DNA of 64,000 bases from Epithemia pelagica (GCA_946965045.2 OX337229.1:3224001-3288000); one strand, 5' to 3'. Shown: positions 30,332 to 44,349, numbered from the stretch's first letter. Numbers and translations are program-made. The notes: generated by a model from the sequence alone, not told the origin.

Positions 30332-32987
30332 CTACCAAATTCCTGCATCTCGGTGGTTTTGTTGCTGGATTGACCTGCCTCCGATAGTACCAACAGCCGA
30401 CGATCCCTGTCCGTTTCCCCAACTGTTGCTGCTACCAACAATTGCATCACCGTTCAGACTGCTCGGGCCAGTGCGACCATTCCATCCTCCAATGGATCCG
30501 AAACCAGTCGTGTCACTACCGCTTGTGATGTGAACACCTGGAAGTAAACTCTGTAGAAGCGCAATATCGCTTTTCGCGTTTGTTCCGTCGTTCCCTCCTC
30601 CGATGGGCCCCGATGTAGATGTGTTCTTTTCATACGACGAGGTCCCATTTCCGCCAATAGGCACACCGCCGATCAATGAACTCCCAGCACCCATTCCAAC
30701 AGCCGGGCCTCCGATTACATTTCCATGTACTGGAACAGAGCCACTGTTAAGAGACGCCAGCGGCGATGGGGTGACCGGAGCAGACCCGGAGTTCGACGGC
30801 CAAAGGTTGGATGTCTCTTGGAGAGATCCTGACCCAGTAGGGAGATTGATACCAAGAATAGATGCCAATGCCGAACTGCTGTTTCCAATAGTTCCCGGTC
30901 CGGGTGCACGCGAACCAACAACACCCCCAGGTCCGGAAGATAATCCAGGTCCCAGGTTCTGGCCCGTCAAGGGCCCGCCACCACCTCCCCAGAGAGCTGC
31001 ATTCACCGAAGGTAGAGATTCAATCGCATCTCCCTCAATACCATCACTGGGCGCAATAACAGACGGTCCTGAATTCCATTTATCCTTGCCACTTCCAATT
31101 GCCGAATAGGAGTTTGAATGTAGTTGGCCAGTAAACACATCTCCTCCAAGAAGAGAGCTAGGACCAGAGGCTCCACTTGTAATGGGTTCTGGTACGCTTG
31201 CACGATTGCCCACTGAAGCTGGAGCGGCTACTCCAATCGGATCCCCACCAATGGATGACGATCCTGTCTTTGTTCCATTGAGAGTCGATGGTTGAGCTGA
31301 TGTCGCCGGTTGAGTCTGCGGAACACTCGCATTCGGGTTAACTCCATTCTTCTTCTTCGAAACTGCAGGACGTGCTGGAGATAGCTTTTCCTGGACATCA
31401 GCATGCGCGGTCGTTCTCGTCGCTGCTTTGGACGTTCGTTTCAGTGGGGTAAGAGGGGTGAGAGTCGTATGGGGTTCTGGTTGTTCTGGTCTTGCCGACA
31501 CGGAGTGCATTCCTGCTACGACGGAGGCAGCCGAGACTGGTTTTCGTTGTTGCGAGAGACCGGTTGCAGTCACCGTGGAGGCAGCTGGGGGCGGAGCTCC
31601 TTGACTCTTTGTAACCGAACCTGCGCGGAGTGCTGTACGAGATGCCATTGACACAGGAGGTGCCGTCGACCCTACGGATGCAGCACGAGTCACTCCAGTA
31701 GGTGGTGGAACGAGAGTGGGACTTGCCTTTGCGGGTTCATCGAATTCTGGGGCAGGAAATACAGGATGCGCTGAAGCTTTACCCGTTCCGGATGGGCCGC
31801 CTCCTCCAGTTCGCTTGCGAGGAGCCGAAGATCCGGACCCAGCGAGTCGCAGCTGCTCCGCTACAATCTGCTGTTGACGAGCTAAAACATCACGGCCACT
31901 TGTGACATAGCCTGCTTGTATTTCCTGTTTTGTAAATGTGTCCTCTGCAGCGCCCATTTCATGTAAGTAAGTGCACTCCGGATTGTTACATCGAACATTC
32001 TTGATAAATGCTGAACAGTACTTGGATGTACCGTACGACGCCCGAATGTTTCGTCCGTCGATATGAAAACCATCCAAAGCAAGAATACAAGCCAGTGTGT
32101 CCTCCTTGTGTACAAAGGTTACGTACGCGCTGGCAGTGGCTCGACGTGGGTCACCCGCCGTTGCATGTGTCCGATTCAAAACCATCTTGGCAATTCTTCC
32201 ATACTGGCCAAAATATTCAGGTTTTTTCAAAGTATCTTCCATTGCAGATCCTGTTGGTAGACCTACAGCATATACTAAATTCCTTCGGATCACCCGCATA
32301 TTTGCTAGTTGTGTTCGATCCTTCGGTATTTCCATGGAAGCATCATTGTGTAGATCGTCCGTTGGACTGTTACGATCAAACTGTTGCGAGTTGCTTTGAT
32401 TTTGATTATTTCTCTGTCGATCACGCTTCGCCGCTGCTTCTTTTTCTTTATTTGCCTTGAGAACTTCTTCGACATCGACTGCGGAGAACTGGTGAGGGTC
32501 TTCCCCGTAGGGGGTCCGACATGCTGGACAAAGACCTGATTCAGTTTCACGTATGCGATGCCAACACCACATACAAACTTGGTATCCACATTTACATGGG
32601 TAGAATTCCCGATCGGACAAGTCGAGTTCTTCGCAGCAGAGAGGGCACAGGTGTTCAGACTGATGTTGCATGAATGAAAAAGACAAAATGTGAGACAAGT
32701 AGGAAATAGGCCTAACGGTTTCATTGAAACGGCGAGAGGCACCGTCAAGCATTGCCATGTAACGGAAACACGACGGTGTCTCCACAAAGTTAACAAACAC
32801 CGATACAGGTGATACCACCTAGTTGTGCAACAAGAACAACCACCCCATCGACCAAGTCACTGCAACGCCGGCCCGTTGTGTGCGAATCGTAAAACTCAAG
32901 TGGTTCGGGAAGAAATGGAGAATTGGTGCATGCCCATCATTGAGGAAATCAACTGCACGGAAAAGATTCAGTACTCACATCATCCAT
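30332..32987 (-). CDS. CNOT4: CCR4-NOT subunit NOT4 E3 ubiquitin ligase (9-nt first coding exon, intron 32660-32978)
   Basis: C4C4 RING CPLCCEELDLSD..PCKCGYQVCMWC..CPACR; RRM RVIRRNLVYAVGL..FGQYGRI; GTSKYCSAFIKNVRCNNPECTYLH zinc finger. Confidence 0.93.
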
Positions 32988-33490
32988 TGTATATTGAGAC
33001 TAGCAAAAACCAATCGATGGGTGCATGTAGAGGCGCAAGAGATTGTGATGGTGGTTTGTGTGTGTTTGACAAACCAGAAGGGCAGACTTTTTTGTGATGT
33101 GGGGGCGTTGTGTGTGCTGTTCTTCCTGCGGGACACATGCACACAAGAGAAGGGCATGACGAAAAAAGAACACACAATGCCGCGCCACCGCCACCGCCAT
33201 CACCGCGCCCTGCCCAGACGTGCTATTGTACGCCTCTGGGGAGTTGAGCCATGACGAAACTCCAGCAGGTTCATAATATTCGTTCAATGAAAAATCAATT
33301 CTGGTAGCCATCCAAAAAAATGAAGGAGTACGTGCACGTACTACCCTGTCCTCCGTCCGGACATGGGTTCTTGCTGCTCTATGAAAACACGTGCGATTCC
33401 CGACGCGACACAAAAGTCGCACTCGCACTTGGCTCCCAATAGTCATGTGACAAACTGGAACTCGAGACGAAATGATGCCAAAGATCGTCA

Positions 33491-36400
33491 ATGGCGGAGC
33501 CAATGAATGATCCATCGGCCCCGGAGCAGCCAAAGGATGTTATTGAAGAGACTGAGACAAGTAGAAAGCTTCGCATTCTTAAAAATTTTGTCAAGACAAC
33601 CAAAAGGAGAAACCAACGCTTTCAGCAACAATCCACGGAGCCGAATCGGATAGGCGTTTTACCCTTGTTCACAGAATTCCTCAGTATTGATTACAAGCAA
33701 CAAGGAGAGAAGAGCGTCGAGTTGGAAGGCAAGAAGCATCCTGTTGAAGCACTTTCCTTCGATGAACATGACGAAGACGAGAGCAATCGCGCTCCGCGTA
33801 GAATGATCATTGACGTAGATGTGGAGCTTGGTCTGAAACCGAGAACATCAGTCTTTGCGGCCAAGGGTTCTTCTCGGAAACACACCACAGAACAGGTCGT
33901 TTCCAAACAGAAGTATATGGCTGATGAGTCTGTGAGTTCCAACAACGTTTCGACAAACTTTCTAAGCCCCAAAGAGGAAGGCTACTACGAAGGCAAGATG
34001 TCGATCGCCATGCCGGAGGACAAGCTGTACTTGTCAGAGTTGCAGTGCTGGGTTCGACAAAATCTAGAGATATTTTCTGCAACAACGCAGGATATAGCTT
34101 TATCTTCCTATGGGGGAGGACGCCGTGCATCTGTGGTCCTGGGCAAGATTGGTGTTCGGTGCGTGCATTGTGCCGCAGTAGCCGTTCAGTCGTTGTCCGC
34201 AGGTTCGGAATCGAAGCAACGATTTGTCTGGCCAACCGCCGCTCTCTCATATCCCTTCAATCTGAATGGTCTCTACACTGCGTGTACGCAAAAGCCACAC
34301 TTACATTTCAACCATTGTCCATACTTACCACCGGAAGAAAAGGATCGCCTCAAAGCCTTGACACAAATTGCTGCGGATCGGCCTACAAAACGTGCAAGAA
34401 ACGGGGTACCGGGTGCCATGTACTATGTAGTCGCGGCCAAACGTATCGGCCTGTTGGAAGTCGAAGATGGGATGAGATTTGGTCGGGATTTATCATTAGA
34501 GCCTCTGCCATTTGAAACGATACTTGTGCAGGTCCAAGACGAACGGAAAGAGACAACTGCCACTGATACCTCTAATGAGTTAACTACAGAGCCTGTTTTG
34601 TCAGCTCCTTCATCCCAGGATGGTCCAGACCAAACCACTCGGCTGCATGGAGATGAAGCTTCTGAACAGGTACTGGCCGAAGCGGTTGCTGAACCCGATG
34701 ATGGATACAAACTCCTCGCGAGGAGTCGTGATAAGTCCATGGTTTCGGACTACATTTTCTTGACAATCCGACAAATGGCCATATGCAATGCTGTACCAAT
34801 TGACTTCTCGACTCGTGGTAAAAAGACAAAACTGATGCGAGTTGGATTCGCGGGCTTTTGCTGTCGCCATTGCGACAGTCTTCGTGGTCCGTCCATAACG
34901 GACTATTCGTGTCGATCATTTTGTTCAGCGCCCGATAACTTGTCTTCTGCCATATCGAATTCCTTTGCTACACATCTGACCAAATGCACCCATGTTCCTA
35001 ACAGGATCAAAAAGGCTCTGATAGCGTATCGACGGATCCATCAGCGACAAATGGCACAATTGCCGTATGGCTCTCAACGACGCCTTTTTCGTGAACTGTA
35101 GGTTTTCTGAGTCCATTGTCATTGTGTTGCTATCCTCACTCACTGTTGCTATTCACCTCCGGCTTCTTCTGTTTTCAGATGGGAGCGATTACGAGCAGCT
35201 GACAAATCAGAAGAAGATATGGAACCAATCATCGCCACCATGAAATCACCTCCTCTTGCAACAAGTGTTGACCCGTATGCGAACGTGAAAACGTCTGATT
35301 TGGAGACGACAACAGTATTGACGACCGCTGTTTCGTCTGAGCAATCTACGCAGCAAGTGGAAAGAGGAGATGGATTTCCTGTAAGCAATGAACCAGAGAC
35401 TGTTGCTGTACTAAGGAGTTTTATTGACAATTGGGATCCCAAAACCAACGATTGTCTTATTGTACCTGAGGACAAGAACCTCGTGTCCGACTATGTCTTT
35501 CTCACTATGCGCCAACTCAAGGTAGCGCTACCAACAAGCAGTGATGCAGTCAGAATTCGACGAGGAGTCCCTGTCAATCCAAACTTTCCAGGTATTTGTT
35601 GTATCCACTGTGCGGACCAACCAAATCCCGTGATTCCTTCTGGGCGCTCTTTTCCATCCGCTCCCGACAATTTTGCATCGGCACTCAATACATCCTTGTA
35701 CAACCACATGCAGTCGTGTCCCTATATACCAGAGAATCTGAAGCGTGTTCTAGCGGATGTTCGCAAGCTTCATTCTTCACAATGTGCAAATATTAAGTTC
35801 GGTTCTCAACGGCGGTATTTCAACCGCCTATACGACAGGCTACAGAGATTTCAAAACGCGGAGGGAGAGAGAGGCTCTTCGGGACGAGTACATCGTGATG
35901 CGTCAGCGGAATTGGAAGAAGCAGGGTTCTTACAACTCCCTAGCAAAGAGTCTAGCACTTTGTTTGTATGCAAGCGATGCAACATGGTTCCAATACACTT
36001 TCGCGCTCCGAGGTCGGTTTTCACTGAACGACCATCGGTTGCAAGGGCACGTGAGCACCAGTCGCAATGTTCTGGCAGCAAACTTGACCTTACGATGGCC
36101 GTGGAGACGTTTCGGGCCGCGGCTGCTTCCATTCAAAAAGATCCTATTGAAATGATATCCTCGGAGAAATTCATTTCATTGATACAACATGCCATGGGTA
36201 ATGATGATGACCTGTTTAAAGCATTGCATCAAGGCATCCTAGCGATTCTTGAAAATGAAAAGGAAGCTAACAAATGTACGGAGCGCGCAGATCTATGGAG
36301 GAGCTTTGGCTCACTTGAAACCAACACAAACAATTTCAAAAAGGCGTTTGCAGAGTTCACATCCGAATTAGACTCTGCGAGCAGTGATGCCCAGGACTAC

Positions 36401-36538
36401 TCAGAAGTACTCGCTTTCCTCATGTTGGTCGGACCTAGTCTGGGTCTCGAAGATACCCGATGTCTCGATGCGACTACCGAAGATACAACACACCAAGAAC
36501 CGAGTCTAACAACGTCAAAAGTCGGAGAAGTCATGTAG
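33491..36538 (+). CDS. Hypothetical protein with four CxxC...HxxxC repeats (intron 35098-35178)
   Basis: GTAGGT...TTTCAG intron joins RRLFREL|WERLRAADK in frame; repeats GVRCVHC, GFCCRHC, GICCIHC and VCKRC. Confidence 0.78.
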
Positions 36539-36665
36539 CTGGTTGTCTAAACGGTCTTCTCAGAGAAGCTAGCATGAAAAATTTTCTGCATGTTTTGATA
36601 CGCCATGTGACGTGTGTCATTAAAACAATCAGATAAGAGGAGAAGCCACGGATTTGCCCCTCGAA

Positions 36666-39600
36666 CTAGCTTCTTTTGTCATTTGCCCTCGGGCCATTCC
36701 TGCCTTTGCCACCTCGTTGTTGTCCACCTGGTCCTCGTTCATTCGAACGATCAGATATTGGGTTCTGTAGAGTGATCGGTAGTGAAGCTTCTGAGTTGCC
36801 GTGTTCTTTGCGCAAAATCAGCCGAATACATTCCATCAAAGCCATTGTGTCCCGTTCTCTCGCGAAGTCATCTTCTGGGGACACAATTCTACGCAACAAG
36901 ATTGAATCCATTTCTCTTCTCACGTATTTGATCGAGGTCGCAGACTTTCTAGAAACTTTGAACTTGAGCCAGTCGTCAATCGTGACTACTTCTTGCTGCG
37001 GAAATACTATCAGGGCACCGCCAAACAGAAGAAGAGACAACGGACTTACTATCGTGGCATCTCGTGCGTAAAGCTTCCTTGTCTTCAAGATATCATGGTA
37101 GCAATAGTAACGACCCTCGAGCTTCTTTGCCGGGAACAGTGCCGTTGACGGATGGAGATAAACTTCGCCTTTTGGACTTTGGAGTGGATAGTCTCCAGCA
37201 CCCCAACTTCCAGAATCGGAGCATAAACCTGGCGGAGCGACCATAATATTGGGATAAAGACCTACAGCAATTCCAACAGGGAACGCGATATGAGAAACTC
37301 GACCAAAAAGCATGTACAGCAGAGAGTGCGTCCTTACCAGCACAAAGCACCCCCATTAACATCGAAATGTTAGATTCATGAAATTGGGACTTGAGCTGGG
37401 CATCGTGTTGATTCAGGTTAAAGTCACTGGGAACGAAGCCAATATCAGCCAACAATGAAGCGTATTGTTTTCTTAGATCGTTCATTTGATTTAGCGTCAC
37501 AAAGCTCAAGCAGTTTGACTGCAGGAACGCCTGGGCTGCTTTGCGACTTTTACACCCTTTCCATCCAGTAAAGGCAACGAGAACTGCGAGAAAGTCGGAT
37601 CCATGAACTGCTAATCTACGTTTCGCCTCCTCAGCTGCCCACCTTTGATCAAAAGAAGACATAAACGGATTTTTTGAAGCCATTGCCGATGCAATTGTTA
37701 GCGCTGCTTCAACGCATCCGAACATTGCACCGTACAACAAAATCTTTCCAACCCTTGGCTCTACCGGTAACGCGGCAAGGTGAAATCCCAGAGGAGTTAG
37801 TTCTACCTTCACTGATAAAACGGTGCAATCTTCGCTATCATCCATATGCATAACAACTTCCTCTTCGTCACCAACCCATGCGCATGCAACCGCACCTAGT
37901 TTTTCCAAAAGCTTTACGGAGTTGACAAAAAGGGCCGCACTTGGGGGGTCCAGCGATTTCCCGAGAAAACAAACTGGGTCTCCCAGGTCCAAAATCAGAA
38001 TCTGTAATATTAAACTTTCGAGACCGACCCGTTGCATTTCTGGTTTCTGCTGATCCTTGAGGATGTTTTCGTGGGTATGACTGCAAGAAAAAGGAAAACT
38101 TAGCATCATTGTTTTGTGATATTATCTATAACATAAACGAACGCACCTTGAAAGCATGTGGTAAGCAATCCCTGGGCGAACCCTTCCAGCCCGACCTCTG
38201 CGTTGTTTTGCGGAGGCTCGGCTCACCCAAGATTCAACAAGCATTGGGGTGCTGTTCAACTCATTACGCTGGTTTTCTTTTACACGCCCGGTGTCGACAA
38301 CGAAAACAACGTCTTGGAACAATGCAGTCACGGTGAGAAAAGGACCAGACTACCGCTAACAACGATTTTAAACTTACCTTCAACCGTGATCGATGTTTCT
38401 GCGATGTTTGTTGCCACAATGATCTTGCGAATCCCTGGATCAGGTACGTCAAACTTGTTATCGTTTTGCGCAAGGGTACAGTGAGCAGCGTTGTCACATG
38501 ATAGTCTTTCAAGAAGGACTTCTCGTCTCGACTTACCACAGCTGTCTGTTCAGATGAAGGAAGAGATGCGTGCAAAGGCAAAATCAGTACGGAAGGTGAT
38601 TGAAAAAACTCAATTTTTCGAATCTCATCAATGGCCTTGGCTATCTCAGCTATTCCCGGCATGAAAACAAGTATAGCGCCCTCTTCCTTGTTCAGACAGA
38701 TGTGCTCCAACAGTTGGGCCAACAAGGGATAATTGATCAGTTCTTCATCCAAAACTGAAAGAGAATCGATGACCTCTTTCTTATATTTTGGGTAATAGAG
38801 ACGGCGAAGCGCAGTTTTCGAGAGTCGTTTTGGATCAGAAAAATCGTCTTTCTTCTTCACCGTAAACTCATCAAATACTACATGGTCCGTCTCTTGGAGA
38901 ATGTCTTCCAACCAGAATGTTTCGACAGGATGGGTTCTGCCGGGAATAGAAACAATAGCACAACTGTCAAAGTACGCAGAGAAAACTTTTGCATTCAACG
39001 TCGCCGACATGAGAATAACTTTGAGTTGCTTCCGTCGTTTTAGGAGTTCCCGAAGAATGATTAGACAGAAATCAGTTTGAATATCTCGAAGGTGTACTTC
39101 GTCCACAAAGACGTGGGAAACAGCGGCAAGATCTGGGTCACCCATCAGACGGCGAAGAAGAATACCTGTTGTACACAGCAATAGTCGCGTGTTTCTTGAT
39201 GTTTTATTTTCCAATTTGATGGAATAACCTACTGTCTGGCCACATTTCTCGCAGCGTTCTTTCGCCATTCTCTCTGCGACACCAATAGCACTGATCCGAC
39301 GTGGCTGAGTGACGAGAATGTTTGCATGGGCCCCGCATTCCCTGGATATCATGTCATCAAGAACGAACTGAGGGACTTGTGTGGTCTTGCCGCTCCCTAG
39401 AAAGAGTGAGAAAGGATGCGATTCAAGAGTCTTTGAGTCGATTTGGAACGAGCACTTACCAGTGGCACCGGAGATTACAACGACCTGATGCTCCCTTATC
39501 GCTGCAGTTATTTCATCACGCATAGCAAACGCAGGCAATTTCTTTCGTTGAGCAAACATGGCTTTGGATGGTTGAGATGCCCACAAACGATAACGCGCCG

Positions 39601-42226
39601 CTTTCAGCTTCTTGCTAACTCCCACGTCCGAAGTACTTTTCGGATGATCATCGAAGGTATCATGTTCCCCAGATTTTGACGGTGCACGCGCCTCGTCTGA
39701 CACAAGCCATGGTTGGTCCCTTTGCATCCCCAAAACATTCTCCATAATTACAGTCAAATCTCCTGCTCGGGACGGCACTGGCCGAGGCAACGCCGATGTG
39801 GCCTCAACTTTCGCCTCGTCAGTCTTTTCGTTGCCGGATGAAGGTTGACGAAGATCATAGGGTCCTCGCTTCTGTGCCGTATCATACATACCCCGTAAGC
39901 GATCCATGAATGCTTTCGTCGCCGGTGTTGGTTCGACAGCAGCTGATTGTTGATGCTTTGATTCTTTGGCATCTCCTCCATTCACAACCTTTGTCTGACC
40001 GACTGTTTCCGGAACCGACTCATCCGTTGGAGAATTTGGTGTCTCCTCTTGCTCGTCGTCCTCCTCCTCCTGAACAGTGTCCGAACTGTCCTCTTTCATG
40101 ACACTATGTTGTCGAATAAATTCTTCCTCTGCCCGCGCCGACGCCAATCGAGCCGCCTCGACGGTTTCACCTCGATTGAAAGCGTCCATCATGGCCGCCC
40201 GCGAATGTTTCTTCAATTCTTGTTGGTATCTCTCCTCTTGTCGTTCTCGGACGGCCCGTTCGCCCAATGTGTACCGTAAGTTGGCTTGTTGGGACTGGGC
40301 CAGTTCCACGCGCGCTGCCTGTCGTTTCTGTCGTTCCAGTTCCTGGCGTTTCAGCGTCTCGTCATGATCATGGGCCTTTTCCGCACCCTTGAGGCGAGCC
40401 ATTCTCCGACTCCCCAGTGGTGCGTCATCCTCGCCATTGCCATTCGACGAACTCTGATTGGTTGTTTGGTGTTCCGTGCCAACTTCCGTTAGTTGCACAA
40501 GGTCTTGCTCCTCCTTGAAAGCGAGTTGGATCTCTTCCACGTTTTCTTGAAGGAACGAAACGAGATCGAAAATTAGGGGCTGGTCAGTCATGATCTCTGC
40601 CGCGTGTTGGATCAATGCTTTTTGAATCCGCAGAAGCAAGGCTGGTGCCATATCTGGATTGTAAAAGAGCATGAGGGGACATGAGTGAATTGGATAACCG
40701 TGTCGCAAAAGGACATGGAGATGGCTGTTGGAATTGTTCTCGGCAGTGTCTCCCAAACTCAAGGAAATTTTGACACATTTTTCTCTGCGGATAGTGTTGG
40801 ATTCCCACCATTCACACTCTTCGTAAATGGCCGTGAGTGCTTCCAGCTCTTCGTCTGCAACCGTGTGTGCCTGCTCCAGTAAGTCATGTGGTAAGAGTTC
40901 TTTTTCTTTGGTTTGGCCACTCGTCAAGGTTTGTTGTTCCAACTCGACCAGTAGGATTCTCAACGTTTGCCAATCCTGCAACGCGGGTGTAGTTGTACCA
41001 TGGTTGGAGACTTGACGGCATGCATTCCAGGCGTCTGCTTCGGGAAACCCAAGTTGGACAAAGTCAGCTACTCGTTGTTGCAACCAATACTCTTGCTGCC
41101 ATTTCACGTCCTCTGTGAGTTTGGGTGCCAGAGAAATGGAGGCATGAGGAATGGCCTTGTATCGAGTCACAACACGTGGAGTTGTCGGAACGATTCCTGC
41201 CCGTGTGTTTTGGTCGGCTTGTGGATTGGGTTGAAAGCCCCGATTCAATTGCTCTTCGGGCAAATGGAGACACAACCAATCCATGGCAATGGAAAGTCGG
41301 GACGACGACGACGACGAATCTTCCTTGGAACGGTCGCTCGGTGTTGTTTCACTGCTACCTCCAACCGTGGGATTGCTCGTGGAGTCGTCATTGTTGTTGT
41401 TGGTGTTGTCATGGTTGGTTTGCGAATTCTTGTTCGAACCCCAGGAATCAATGGCCCGGCAAGCGTTGGCCGCATCGTCTTTGGAAAAGGACAAGGTGTT
41501 TATCAAGTACAAAAATACGGGGTCCTTGGGATCGTGTGCCTCATGACTGGATGCCAGAGTCGTACGTGGAACCAAAGTCACTGTATTCGTCGTAGGATCC
41601 ACGGCATCATCATGGTCATCTTCGTACTCAGTGTAACCTCCCGTCTCTTGTACCATTCCATCTGAAATCGGTAATGACGATTGTCCATTCCAGTCCGAGA
41701 AAGCGTTGGTCCCGTTTGATTCTCCAGGATTCTCATTGGGTTCGGAATACGTCGACTGTCCCCCAACAAGGTTGTCGTCGTTGTTGTTGGTGCGACGCGC
41801 TCCTGTGACAATCTCGAGTTGTCCCAGTATCGTGTTGATGGCATGAATGGTTTCTTCCGACAGGACAATTTCATCCAGTTTGGAAATATCGACACCCTGG
41901 AGTGAAGCTTCCTTCTTTTTGGTCATGTTGTGAGTGCTGCTACTACTTTCCAGTTTTTTCTCGGCCACCTTTTGGACCATTTTCGAAACAACGTGCAAAT
42001 GATTCGTGGTCCCGCTGGTCCGACCACCTCCACGCCCTCTTCGACCCGTTGTTGTTGTGCCTCGTCCACCATGATCACCACGTCCCGCACCACGTCCTCC
42101 GGTTCGTCCACCCTTATTTTTGGTGTCATTTTTAAAGGGTGGGCCTTTCGAGAAGCGTGCACGCGCTGGAGTACTTTGCAAGGCTTCGGCTGCCTGTTGT
42201 GTCCGACGGTTGCTGTATCGACCCAT
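36666..42226 (-). CDS. DExH-box RNA helicase, DHX57/DHX29-like, with UBA-like and RWD domains (multi-exon)
   Basis: GATGSGKTTQVPQF, TQPRRISA, DEVH, SATLN, TNIAETSIT, QRRGRAGR, HA2 (LTPLGFHLAALPVEPRVGK) and OB-fold; RWD EELEALTAIY..YP..CP. Introns include 39397-39459. Confidence 0.92.
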
Positions 42227-42472
42227 GGGATGATGATGATGATACTCTCGTACTCGTAACCACCTTGTCTTGTCGTTTCACTTGATAGTCGGCAGACAGA
42301 AAAATGTGGAGAGTCGGCGGCATTTCTCGCGTCGGCAACAACTCAAACGCGACTAATACACGACCTAGTAATGATGGGTTGAACGACTAATCCGCGACCT
42401 TTCGCTCCGGCCGCGCGCGAGCACACAGGATTTTTTGCTTGTCACTTGTCACATCAACGAACAGGTTTGACC

Positions 42473-44149
42473 ATGGACATGGGCAATGACGACATTTCCG
42501 AATCCTTCCGTGATCTGTCCAAGATCCAGAAGGAGTCGATACGACTGTTCAAGGCCAAACAATATCGAAGTTGCGAAATATTAGCGGAAATGGACCGATC
42601 CAGTTCACGGTTGCAAGGTCGCGACGAACATTTTGCCTGCCGACTCTTGGGCGATTGCGCCTTGGAACGGGGACAATACCTTCGGGCCAAAACATTTTAT
42701 CATGCTCTCTACCCCTTCAATGAAGCCTTGTACCGATGGAAAGAAGCGCATTGTTTGAAACAACTCGGATCCCTCGTGGAGGCGGCGGCTGTTCTAGAAG
42801 GAATCCCCACTGTCGATCGCACCTTGGAGATGAACATGTTGCTGGGGACCTTGTATGCGGCCAGTTCCCGACGAGAACATGCATCTCGAGCATTCTTGGA
42901 GGTTCTTCGACAAAATCCATTCGCGTTGGAAGCTGCGGAACAATTGGGAAATCTGGGAATCGAAAAAGCCTTGGTGCTCGAGGCACTCAAAACCGGCATT
43001 GCCTTGGCACAGGGGACGGATGAAAATGACGACACGGAATACGCCAATGTGCTCGATCTTGCTTCGGCCATTGTCTCGAGTCGAAAACACCAAAATGCGA
43101 CAGCACTGCAGGAATTTTCGAAACTGGAGGAAAAGTATCCAGGAAATACCTATCTGCAGGAACATATCGCCATGCTCTACTTGCAAAACAACGATCCAGC
43201 CACAGCGGCACGATACTTTGAAGCTGTTCGGACCACACAACCTTCTATTATTGACTACATGGATCGCTATGGGTCCATTTTATCCAAACGAAAAGATTAC
43301 AATACACTCAATGAGCTGGCCGATTCTCTCATGAGATTGGACAACCGACGACCCGAATCGTGGACCGTGTTGGCATTGTACTACGATGCTCGCGGGGACC
43401 GAGAAAAGGCCATGACCTTTGTGGAAAAGGCAATATCACTGGACCAGAGACATGCCTTTGCACAAAACATTCGGGGAAGGATCCTCATGGCCGATAAGAG
43501 GCCCGAACACGCGGCTGTTTCCTTTTTCCGTGCCAAGGAAATAAGTCCGGAAATGGACTCGTACGAAGGCCTTGTGGATTCCTATATTGCGGCTGGTAGG
43601 AACAAAGAAGCCATTGCTTCAGCAAAAGAAGCAATATCCCTTGCACCTCGTGACCCAAGAGCATTGACATTGGTTGGCATTGCCTTGGCACAAGGAGACC
43701 GACAAGGGTCGGGCAAGCACCAAGGTATGGAAATGGCCAAACGTACTCTGAACAAAGCACTGGCTCTTCAACCGGGCCATATACGTGCACTCTTTGCCCT
43801 TGTCGACATTCATGTGCAAGAAAAGAACTATGATGCATGCATTGAATTGCTCCAACAAGGGCTGGACGGACTTTCCTTTTCACCGAGCGACCCACTGGAG
43901 CAAGCCCTCATTTTGTACCGACTGGGAACTGTCTACTCCTCGGCTCAACAGTACAAAGAATCCATTGACTCACTGCACAAGGCGTTGGGGTTGGATCCAG
44001 ATCTCGCTGTTGCACAGCGGCATTTGAATCGAGTAGAAAAGATTATGCGAGGTCTGGATCCCAACGATACGGGCGATGAGATTATGGAGGACTCGCCGTC
44101 CGTGGACAGTCCTCAAAGCGCAACGTATCACGGACGGCCGTCGTACTGA
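42473..44149 (+). CDS. ANAPC7: Anaphase-promoting complex subunit 7-like TPR protein
   Basis: TPR array with APC7-type blocks (LEGIPTVDRTLEMNMLLGTLY, EVLRQNPFALEA, IDYMDRYG, RPESW). Confidence 0.8.
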   Translation: MDMGNDDISESFRDLSKIQKESIRLFKAKQYRSCEILAEMDRSSSRLQGRDEHFACRLLGDCALERGQYLRAKTFYHALYPFNEALYRWKEAHCLKQLGSLVEAAAVLEGIPTVDRTLEMNMLLGTLYAASSRREHASRAFLEVLRQNPFALEAAEQLGNLGIEKALVLEALKTGIALAQGTDENDDTEYANVLDLASAIVSSRKHQNATALQEFSKLEEKYPGNTYLQEHIAMLYLQNNDPATAARYFEAVRTTQPSIIDYMDRYGSILSKRKDYNTLNELADSLMRLDNRRPESWTVLALYYDARGDREKAMTFVEKAISLDQRHAFAQNIRGRILMADKRPEHAAVSFFRAKEISPEMDSYEGLVDSYIAAGRNKEAIASAKEAISLAPRDPRALTLVGIALAQGDRQGSGKHQGMEMAKRTLNKALALQPGHIRALFALVDIHVQEKNYDACIELLQQGLDGLSFSPSDPLEQALILYRLGTVYSSAQQYKESIDSLHKALGLDPDLAVAQRHLNRVEKIMRGLDPNDTGDEIMEDSPSVDSPQSATYHGRPSY

Positions 44150-44349
44150 TAGGTAGCTTCGGTACATCCTTGTTAATAAAGAACTGCAGTGTCTATCAAA
44201 GCTTTGCCTCTATCTGCACCCTCTATTACCGTTTTGACTCACTGATTGTAGATATACAATGAAAAATCTAAAATAAAAAGTATCCGTTGTGCTCTCCTAC
44301 CGAACTACTCGTTTCTGTGTCATGTGTGCTTGCCCTTCCTAATGCCCTA

